Below the pieces are notes generated by a model, which made no database searches, was not told where the DNA came from, and saw only the letters and a list, made by a program, of their open reading frames with translations. Of a DNA stretch of 64,000 nt, positions 52,960-64,000 are shown in pieces. The translations under genes and the position numbers were made by a program. The stretch is from Octopus sinensis (taxonomy: Eukaryota): NCBI RefSeq assembly GCF_006345805.1, contig NC_042998.1:1302001-1366000 (forward strand), in the 5' to 3' direction. Position 1 is the stretch's first letter. Each line of letters opens with the position of its first letter.

Positions 52960-53304
52960 AACGACACAGTTTCCGTCTACCAAATTCCCTTGCCAGGCAC
53001 TGGTCGGCCAGGGGTTATAATAGTATATACTAGGGAAAGGTGTTTTCAAACCACGTATTTGCAAAGCAAGTTTCTTAACCACACAACCATACCAGCGCCT
53101 ACAATATTTCCTATTTACGAGCTAGCCAGAATTCGAACCCGGAATCTTCTGATCCTTAGTACGACAAATTATCCATTGCATCACATTCTACAGGTACTCA
53201 TATGAAAGTCTGGATACTTAAATGGCGTGAACACATTCTGTTGTTTTATTGGCTCTTTTTTGTATCACCTGTCTGGATGTTTTGCGTTCTTGTCCCATTT
53301 TGTA

Positions 53305-53690
<386 letters not shown>

Positions 53691-54159
53691 ATAGATAGAT
53701 CTTTAAGGTGGTGCTCCAGCATGGCCACAATCAAATACCTGAAACAAATAAAGGATATATATATATATATCAATAGCTTATCATGCTACAACATTTGCTC
53801 ATAAGTTAATCGGTCGCATAGTAAATAGAGCAATATACGTTTAGAAAGAAGACGGCGTAAATCACAACACCTGAAACGTATAATGTAGATAACTTTACTG
53901 TCATATATTTGATTTAATAGAGTTATAATGGGAACAAAGCGACATGAAGACAAATTCAGTGACGTGCACACACAAACACCCACACACAAAGTGTGTGAGT
54001 ATTGTTGTGTTTTAAAGAAGAGTCATTCTGCCAAGATGTTTTTGGTGTATTTTTTTCCGTTTGTATTGAAAGGCGTACAAACATACGCCTACTCAAGCTC
54101 ACACAAACACGCACGCACCACACACATATATAGCTACATAGGGAGAGGGAGAGCGGGAA

Positions 54160-54240
<81 letters not shown>

Positions 54241-54304
54241 AAGGTAGATAGATAGATAGATATACATGAATGCACAGAAATACACACACACTCACAGGCA
54301 CGTC

Positions 54305-54385
<81 letters not shown>

Positions 54386-54387
<2 letters not shown>

Positions 54388-54941
54388 GCCCTGATGCAGT
54401 ACCAGGCAGTGACTCTCATGGTTTCTGATCTTAACTGATTGGAAGTGTTATCATGTACATTGTTTTGTCTTGGTATAAAAGATGGGCTACAGCAAATATT
54501 CTGCTCAATACCACAGATTTGTCTCTCAGTTGTTTGACCTTAACCAGTTGAGCATGTCCCTTAGTGGCTGACGATATGTGCATATCTGATCACGAGCAGA
54601 AGTAGTGGGGGAGCATCATAGCCGTGTGTTGAGAGGGATTCTTTGGGGTTTGAATAATTCACCTCTGGAAACATGGGTGTTTCGTTCAACATCCTTAAAC
54701 AACCCTTATTCAGGGACCTTTTGAATGGGATGGGCTACTCAACCTGAAGAAATTTCTAACTGGGCCCCACCTGCAAGGTCATGTGCTGTTTATTTTGATA
54801 TGAGATCACCATGTCGCACACATATGGTTGTGATGCATGTGCCTAGTGTACCCTTATCAGACGGGTAGTCATGATGGGTATATTGGGCTTCGTATATTTT
54901 ACCCCAGTGTCACTTTGATGGCATGCACTACTCTCTCACTC
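54386..54941. mobile_element. ~556-bp dispersed repeat embedded in (AAT)n (copy 1)
   Basis: (aat)n on both sides; clearly homologous to 57956-58514. Confidence 0.85.
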
Positions 54942-55810
54942 AATAATAATAATAATAATAATAATAATAACCAGCGGCCTAGCGTATCTATATATCTTAT
55001 TCATATAAAATATATTGTACATTTAAACACATTAAGAGGTTTCCATCATGGGAATCCTTTACACTAGAAAGAACAGCTAAAGTCCAAACCACTAATTAGG
55101 AATAAATTCTCGAAGGGAATGAAAAATTAAAACATTTACCATCTATTTCCTGGACCATGGTTTCTGACTTATTTTAGCAAAGAAAATAATTTGCTAGGCG
55201 AAGTCTTCTTCAACAGGTACGCCATGATTAAACATATAAACACGAGGGCAATCCAACATATGCCTTGTGCTTGTACATTTTAATCTTTTCAAATCCACCG
55301 CGCAAGCGCAGTTTTTGGAGGGTTTTTTGTCAGCAGCAAAAAGATACCGGCAATTTCTTCGAACGAATCTTCCAGAAATCATTCAAATAATTAGAAATAG
55401 AAGCGAACATACATACATACATACATACATACATACATACATACATACATACATACATACATACATACATACATACACACATACATACATACATACATAC
55501 ATACATTACATATATACAATAATTGGAGCGCTTGGATTTGTAAGTAAATGCCTAACTGTCAGGCTGGATAAGCATGAATTTCAGGGAAACAAATCAATCA
55601 ACTGATTCGCACATTACAAAGATAATCTGTAAGCGGAACAGTAAAAGTATACAAGAGCTTTATCAAGTTTAAAACGTGACATTGTTTTCGCTATCTACAT
55701 TCCAAAGATGGAACTTTTTATCTTTGTTAGAAACCAACTCCTTCTTCAGAAGAAAGATCTAAATGAGCAAATATGGAAGAGACATGCATATTCTATATTT
55801 TTATTTACTA

Positions 55811-55863
<53 letters not shown>

Positions 55864-55972
55864 TGTGTGTGTATGTGTGTGTGCGTGTGTGGGATGGGGC
55901 ATGATTTTATGTACACTTTCTTATCATGTATCAGTCTATTTACTTATATTAAATACATAGAAGCACGGTATA

Positions 55973-56700
55973 CGAAGACTGTTCATAAGGAAGCCAAACG
56001 TTTTACCATCGCAACGTGCTTGCAACTCCAGGGCCGGTTTTCAACCAATTAGATTTGTTCAAACTGGGGCCCGCGCACACGTTCGAACGGAGGGCGATAT
56101 GATGACTTTTTAGTATATCAAGCCCTCAACGCCTTTTGGCTGTGATTGGCGTACTACACGGAACATAAAAGATCAAGCACCAGCTTTTGTAGAGTAGAGT
56201 GTCTCTCAGATAATTCTCTGATTGGGCCCTGTACTTCCTAGCTCCGGCCCTGCTTACATGACACCACAGTTGTTTATAATAGACCAACATCGCAAGATGA
56301 GCGACAGGATTTCAAAGAGCAATAGGTTTGTGTGAATTTGTTTCAAATCGGAAAAGATTCTAATGTGACAACGAGTCTATGGAGAGGATTCTTTCATCTC
56401 TACGTAATGTCCACAGTACTGCCAGTATTTCTAGTCGAGAGGAACATCCACTGAAGATAATGATCACATTACAAATGTGTGTTCTGTGATCCGTGAAATT
56501 TCCAAATAATGTAGGCATCTGCAACAGTTCGGGCCACATGGTTTTGAAAATAACACTGATGAATTGTGTTGCAGCAAAATTTGTGACGGATGAATAAAAA
56601 ACAGAAGCGGGTGGCAGTCACTTAGCATCTGTTTAACTGTTAGAATGTTGACAGGAATTTTTGGAAGAGATGGTACAAAGTCAGAAGGGAATAGAATTAC
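55973..56700 (+). mobile_element. Decayed mariner 5' half
   Basis: ta|cgaagactg TIR-like start; VYGEDS...SRGTSTED...IREIS...VGI...VAAKFVTDE remnants. Confidence 0.65.
56029..56252. mobile_element. hAT-like MITE nested in the mariner
   Basis: TIRs cagggccgg / ccggccctg; 8-bp TSD not recovered. Confidence 0.5.
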
Positions 56701-56829
56701 AGAAGAAAAGGGCCTAATAACATTAGTTAGAAAGGCGCACTTCTTTTCTTGAAACGGACACATGCTCCTCAGGTCCATCCTCTGGTTCACCTCCGATTGA
56801 AGACAGAACATTTTGAAATGTATTATAAA

Positions 56830-57400
56830 AAAAAAGACGAAATGTTGGTATCTGACTTCAATTGAAACAAAAAGACGAGGTTGCCGTGGATGTGTTGCCT
56901 TACCATGACTACGACCAAAAACTGCTTATCAGACTCTTTTAGATATAAAGATGTTACTGATCGGCTTTTACTGGAAGGGCGACGATTATCATAAATTCGC
57001 TTAAGAGGTTCAAACGGGTTTTTTTCTTGGAATTCTATTTTCAACACCTCAAATTTAAGGTGTTGAAAGCGACAGTGCGAAGGAAAAGGCTTAAGGCTAA
57101 GACAAACAAAAGCTGGAGAAGCATCAGATCTGATACGTCCCCGAGGATAAACCCCAAAAATCTGTATTTTGCAACCGATGAGAAGATCAGAACTTCAAAA
57201 CGTTTATCAGTTTTTCATTTCATTACAGACCACCGTATGGTCATTTCTGCAGTGCATTCCCCCTGTTGCCCGGTTTAACACTCCTACTTAATCCTTGGGT
57301 ACCCTTAACAGAGTTCGCTCTGTAATAAATATTCGAGATAGGTCTCCGGTTTGAGGAGGCCCTAAAAAAGCAACACGAAGGGGTTCATAGACGTCGCTTT
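56830..57400 (-). mobile_element. Possible LINE 5'/ORF1 remnant with degenerate zinc knuckle
   Basis: IFGVYPRGRIRSDASPAFVCLSLKPFPSHC followed by a basic/charged tract; tentative. Confidence 0.3.
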
Positions 57401-57424
57401 TTCTTATTGACTAAACGGTAATAG

Positions 57425-57835
57425 TAATAATGATAATAATAATCCTTTCTACTAAAGACACAAGGCCTAAAATTTGTGAGGAGGAGACTAGCCGATTACA
57501 TCCACTCCAGTGTTTCACTGGTACTTAATTTATCGACCCCAAAAGGATGGAAGTTGACCTCGGTGGAATTTGAACTCAGAACGTAGCGACGGGCGAAATA
57601 CCTATTTCTTTACTACCCACAAGGGGCTAAACACAGAGAGGTCAAACAAGGACAGACAAACGGATTAAGACGATTATATCGACCCCAGTGCATAACTGGT
57701 ACTTATTTAATCGACCCTGAAAGGATGAAAGGCAAAGTCGACCTCGGCGGAATTTGAACTCAGAACGTAACGGCAGACGAAATACGGTTACGCATTTCGC
57801 CCGGCGTGCTAACGTTTCTGCCAGCTCGCGGCCCT
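57425..57835 (-). mobile_element. Tandem family-1 SINE pair
   Basis: Two cores near 57540-57590 and 57715-57770. Confidence 0.85.
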
Positions 57836-57847
57836 AATAACAACAAC

Positions 57848-57899
<52 letters not shown>

Positions 57900-57955
57900 C
57901 TTTCTACTATTGGCACAAGGCCTGAAATTTTGAAGGAATGGGCTAAATAATAATA

Positions 57956-58514
57956 ATGCCCTGATGCAGTACCAGGCAGTGGCTCTCATGGCTTCTGATC
58001 TTAACTGATTGCAAGTGTTATCAACTACATTGTTTTGTCTTGGTATAAAAATGGCCTACAGCAAATATTCTGCTCAATACCACAGATTTGCTTGTCAGTT
58101 GTTTGATCTTAACTAGTGTAGCATATCCCTTGGTGTCTGATAATATGTGCATCTCTCATCACGGACAGAAGTAGTGGAGAAGCATCATAGCATCATCAAC
58201 ATCATGTGTTAAGAGGAATTCTTTGGGATCTGAATAATTCACCTCTGGAAACATGTTTCGTTCAATATCCTTAAACAACCCTTATTCAGGGACCTTTTGA
58301 GCGAGATGGACTACTTAGCCTGAAGAAAATTCTGAGCCCCACCTGCTAAGTCATACGCTTTTTATCTTGATATGTAATCACCATATCGTGCACATAAGGT
58401 TGTGATACATGTGCCTGGTGTATCTTTATCAGACGAGTAGCTATGAAGGATATATTGGGCTTTGTATATTTGTACTCCAGTGTCACTTTGACGAGAAGCG
58501 CTGCTCTCTCACTC
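57956..58514. mobile_element. ~559-bp dispersed repeat embedded in (AAT)n/(AAC)n (copy 2)
   Basis: Homologous to 54386-54941 end to end. Confidence 0.85.
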
Positions 58515-59844
58515 AACAACAACAACAGTAATAAACTCTAATTTTTTTTTTAGAGTCCAATTTTCCGTTCTGGTATCGACAAAAGTATTTAATCAAGAGC
58601 ACGAAGGGATTTGAGAGAAGGAGCATCCTTTACGTGTTTGTTCATCCTGCTAGAAACACCAAAGAAATCCTGTTCGCCAATCACATATTATCTTCTTTTA
58701 AAAGAAAGAAATAATATATTGGATAGTGTACATCTCGAATAAAACATAACGTGATAATCATGACTGGAACGCCTTTTATTATTGGTCATTTGGGTTGGAA
58801 TTGGCCTTGGGTTAAACAACAGTAGTAGTGTCATCATGATCCAGTAGTCTTATAATTATGATGACAATCCCAGCCATTGTCATCACCCAACGTCCTTACA
58901 TATTTTTATTATCTTTTAGTAAAGAGGAAAGACAGTGTCCCTGACGTTTAGGTCCTCAAAGATTGGTGGGAGGTAGGTGTGGAGGGTGCCCTTCCGTATG
59001 AAAGGAGAAAGGTACCCTTTAACCGGAATAAGATACAACAGAGTGGACTCCGTTTAAGGTATTCAAGATGCCGATTTAAGTCTTCCATCCAAAAAAGACT
59101 ATATGGTGGAATTTGAACTCAGAACGTAAAGAGCTGGAACAAGTACCGCAAGGCACCCCCTCCAACGTTCTTGCGGTTCCATGAATCCACCATCTAGGAT
59201 TAGTACTTCAGTTTATTCATTCCGAAAGGACGAAATGCAAAGTCGGCCACGGTGAGATTTGAACTCAGTGCACAGAATGTCGGAACAAAAACCGTGAAAT
59301 ATTCTGGTCGACGTTATAAAGGTTCAGCCAATTCGCCACCTTGTGGATTGAGAGAGATTTTACTGCTATTTCTAGCAGGTTTGATCGAGTCAACAGAGGG
59401 TCTTCCTCTGCTGGCCTGATCTAGCCATTCAGTGGACAGCAGTGTGCAGAATTATTTCGACACAAGCGCTTATTCACAACAGCGAGACGAATATCAAAAC
59501 CAGATTAACTGAACTTTATGCTAAAACTGCCTTCATTAGCATGCTTGTAAGTAGCTGGATGAGAGTAACTTGATGTCACAAATAAGTGACAACACACATT
59601 TATTTATTTATTTATCTATTTATTTATTTATTTATTCATTTATTTATTTATTTAATTAGAAAGTATTTATTCCAGGGTTTAATCACACTCATCTCGCAAA
59701 ACCTATTTGCTCAATTACCAGTCACAATTACCTGCTAACCCCCACTGTCTCTCTCTCTCCCTCTTGCTCCCCCTTCTTCCCTCTACCTCCTTACCCATTC
59801 TCTCCCCCTCTCTCTCTCTCTCCTTCTTTATTTATATATGTCTG

Positions 59845-59893
<49 letters not shown>

Positions 59894-60659
59894 GATATTG
59901 TCGTTTTGTTTCTCTTTTTCGCTTTTTCTTTCTCCATCACCACTTTCTCTCTCTCTCACTCTCACTCTCTCTCTCTCTCGCCCTCTCTCTTTATTTCTCT
60001 ATTTGCAGGTCCTTCAAAAAGCAGCATATGCAATTTTTTCCTCCCTAATACAGAACCACCACCACCACTACCACCACCACTATCACCGCCTTCATCACCA
60101 CCGCCACCACACCATCACCACCACCACCACCACTCTATCCCCGCTCCCAGAACAACATCTGCAAGTGTTTCCACTAATCACAAAATCCAGTTTAGTGAAA
60201 CACAAACCCACCACCCACCCACCCATCATTACCTCACACATCATTTTTCACAGAGTTTATTTACACACGCTAAGGTCACTGCTCATCATTAAAAAGGCAC
60301 CAGATGAAGACAAAGTTAAAAATAAAAAGAAGACAAAACAACTAGGAAAGAAATAAGAAAAAAATAAGAAAATGAGATGTTATTGTAGCAAATCGTCTGC
60401 TACAATATTTGCACTGTACATCCTGGTAATAATGTGCAGTCTCCGGCGATGTCTGTGCTGCACGTCACTGAAATGTGTAGTCTACTCGAGGGTATGTGGT
60501 AAACGTCATTGTAATGTGTGGCCTACTGCAGTATCTATGGTGAACGTTGCTCTATGTAATTGGTCTATGGAGACACTCTCGAACATGACCTGATTTCGCA
60601 AAAACTCATATAAATAATAAATAAATAAATCTTCGTCAAATGCAGAATGGCGAGAATAA

Positions 60660-61745
60660 GACGCTTTATTGATTTAGGCAATTCTTTCTAATTTTGACAC
60701 AAGGCCAGCTGTTTTGAGAGGAAGGAACAAGTCGATTACATCGACTATAATAGTTAGTTGACTAGTTCTTATTTGATCGACCCCGAAAGAGTGATAAAGT
60801 AAAATCGATCTTGGCGGAATTCTAATTCAAAACATAAAGACGGACGAAATACCGCTAAGCATTTTGACCGGCGTGCTAATGATTCTGCCAGCTATGGTTT
60901 CAAACTTTAGCACCAAGTCAGCAGCTTTGTGGGAGGAACTGAGTCTATTACATCGACCTTAGTATTCAGCTGCTATATATTTTATCGACTCCAAAACGAT
61001 AAAAGGCAAAGTCAATCTCGGTAGAATTTTAATTCAGAGTAGGAAGAAATACTTCAAAGAACTTTTGTCCGGTGCACTAATGATTCTGACCGTTCACCGC
61101 CATCAGATTTTTAATGATAATAATGGTTTCGAATTGTGCCACAAGACCAAGAATTTCGGGAAAGGGAATAAGTCGGTTACATTGACCCCCAGGTCTCAAC
61201 TGGTACTTATTTTATTCACCCCGAAAGGACGAAAAGCAAAGTGTACCTCGGCGGAATCTGAACTCAGAATATAATAAGTCGGAAGATGTAGTGCAAAGCA
61301 TCCTTTCCGGAGTTCTAATAATTCTGCCAGCTCACCGGCTTTTAATTGATTTCTGTCTTTACGTTCTGAGTTCAAATTCCGCGAGGTCAACTTTGCCTTT
61401 CATCCTTTCGGAGTCGACAAATTAAGTTCCAGTTGCGTACTGGAGTCGATCTAATCGACTGCCCCCCTCCCCCAAAATTTCGGGCCTTGTGCCTAGAATA
61501 GAAAAGAATATTTATACAAGTCCTAAGGCAGCGAGTTGCTTTAATCGTTTAGCATCTTGGCCTAAATGCTCAGAGACATTACTTCTGGCTCTTTACGTTC
61601 TGAGTTCAAATACCACTGTTGTTGATTTCTACCTTTCATCTTTTCAGGGTGGATAAAATAAAGTACCAGTCAAGTACAGAGGTCGATGTAACTAAATAAC
61701 GCATCCAATTGAAATTGCTGGCCATGTGCCAATATTCGAAACCAA
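60660..61745. mobile_element. Cluster of family-1 SINE copies in both orientations
   Basis: Minus copies at 60660-61330; plus copies at 61340-61745. Confidence 0.75.
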
Positions 61746-62315
61746 TATTTTTACTGTTTCTATCATCTTTTATTTATATTCTTATAGTCTTATTTTTGTT
61801 GTTTCTTTAATATAAAACCCCCGAGGCTTTTAAGGTTTCCATTTAGTGCAATGACATGGCAAAGGTGGAGTCTTCGACTTTCATTGTGATGTGTGAGGGA
61901 CGTTGCCGACTTTAAGTCAAGCACGGAGTGCTTTCGTTTTAAACGCCAGCTGTGTAAATAGTTACAAAATATAGAACACACACGACAACGTGGTGTGTGA
62001 ATGAGATTTTTAAGACTGAAACGCACTCTTTTATCACTTATACACACTCTTGGTGTTTATTACCAAATTTCCTGCAATTATATCTAGCTAATTAACCAAC
62101 TTGATAACACTTTCCCATAGAAATTCCCTAATAACGTGTACATATGCAGAAAAATGCATATAGGTCAATCATATATTCAGCGTTATGTGGCATGTTCATT
62201 ATAATGTCTTATGAATATAGAATATATTTATAACTAGTATGCTTATACACGTGTATATATGCATACATCTATACAGAGACACACACGTGTGTATATATAT
62301 ATATATTATATATAT

Positions 62316-62361
<46 letters not shown>

Positions 62362-62378
62362 ATATATATATGTGTGTG

Positions 62379-62410
<32 letters not shown>

Positions 62411-63649
62411 TACATATATACATATATACATATATACATATATACATACATATATATATATGTGTGTGTGTGTGTATGTATATATATATATATATATAAT
62501 GCCTGTGCACGTCTATATATGTACATACATGGGTGTGCGTGTATGTGTGTGCCTGTTTTATCATAGTTTTCACTCATTCGCATCATCAAATTTAATATAT
62601 TCTTAAATACAGGCTTCAAACCGTCGTCTGTCGCCTACCGATACATATATTTATTACATGACATACAAACTTGTTTATATATTCTCTTCTATACATATGC
62701 ATTCATTACATGTATAAGTTTCGTTTATACATGGCTGCAGGGATGTGACAACGATGAAACTAAATGCCTTATATCACTAGTCCAAACTCTGATTTGTGTT
62801 TTGCTGGCATCCTTCCGGATCCGCTAACATTATCTGTTGGCTCAATAAGCAGCGAGCTGTTCAGGATCGATACCATACCCGACAAAATTATTGGCGGTGT
62901 TTCTTCCGGCTTTAACTTCTGGGTTCAAATTCCGCCAAGGTTGACTTCCTTTCGAAGTCGATAAAATAAGAACAAGTACCAGTCAAATATTGGAGTCGAT
63001 GTAATCGATTAGCACCCTCACCCAAAATTTCAGGCCTTGTGTCTGTAGAAGAAAAAAGAAAAAGAAAAAAGAAACACTTTACACACAATGAGTTAATTCT
63101 TCAATGTTACGTCGAATTGTTAACACCTGAGTCAAGGATAACCTGCCTAGAAGAAAAAAATATCTTTTTTCTTCGAATTTGTTTAACAGTGTATAAACAT
63201 AACGATATTTACTGAGTCTCATATACTCTTTCCATGAAGTACACATTCCCCACTTGGATGGGACGCTAGTCCGTCGCAGAATCACTCATTTTTGCCAGCT
63301 GAAGGGACTGGAGCAAACGTGAAATGAAGTGTTTTGCTCAAAAACATAACGCGTGCCCAGTCCAGGAATCGAAACCATAATCTTGCGATCACTAGTCCAA
63401 CACCCTAACCACTAAGCCACATGCCTAGGGTCGCTTTAAAATGAGCTTGTAGTATTATAGCTTAGTAGCAGCAGGAGAAAAAATTTCCGCAATAGTTACT
63501 AATAATACTTATTACAGGGAAAAATACGAGTAAGAAAAACAATATTCTTAAGACACACAAGGCGGTGCCCCAGCAAGGCCGCAGTTAATTAAATGACTGA
63601 AACAAGTAAAAATATACATGAATGTGTGTGTGTGTGTGTGTGTGTTATT

Positions 63650-63950
63650 TTCTCGCACAATGCCTTCCAAACTGCTGCCAATATCAACAGACCATGGGGA
63701 GAGGAATCCCCAAGTAATCGCATAGCATGATGGTGGTTTTAAAAATTCTGTAGTGGTGATGAGACCCTTGAAGATGAAGAGGGTAGAGGATGGTCATGCA
63801 GTCTTGACAATGAACAGTGGAAACCAATTGTTGAACAAAACCCACATGAAAGTGTCAGAGAAATGTTTCAGGTACTTGGTGTCGGTATTGCAACGGTTTC
63901 ATGCAATCTGCAGAAGATTGGTAAGGTGAAAAAGCCTGATAAATGGGGAC
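63650..63950 (+). pseudogene. Mariner transposase fragment (HTH region)
   Basis: NINRPWGE...WWF*KFCSGDETLEDEEGRG...LDNEQWKPIVEQNP...IGKVKKPDKW. Confidence 0.85.
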
Positions 63951-64000
63951 TGCGTTGACTAGAATCAGTATTACAGCCAACGATTCTAGTCAACGCATAA

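Overview
Eukaryotic, AT-rich, repeat-saturated non-coding DNA (intergenic or a very large intron). The SINE families and extreme microsatellite density suggest an octopus/cephalopod genome; this is an inference from recalled repeat families, not a database match. No host protein-coding gene can be supported, and almost all ORFs in the supplied track are translations of microsatellites. Recognisable content: dozens of SINEs; decayed LINEs (RTE, CR1, R4/Dong-like, possible L2 and L1/Tx1, Penelope RT); DNA transposons (a full-length mariner with TIRs and TA TSD, other mariner remnants, a maT/DD37D-like element, pogo-like and hAT MITEs, Helitron-like elements); a probable solo LTR; and a 25-copy 35-bp minisatellite born inside a SINE. 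The most interesting layer is invisible to the ORF track. At least three unrelated short non-coding repeat families, resembling Penelope-like pseudo-LTRs, each fold into a minimal type I hammerhead ribozyme with a self-complementary stem III. They sit as inverted pairs and/or against (TA)n tracts. One family (two copies) has the core C3:G8 pair swapped to G3:C8, and a fourth, decayed hammerhead sits behind a tRNA-like Pol III head.
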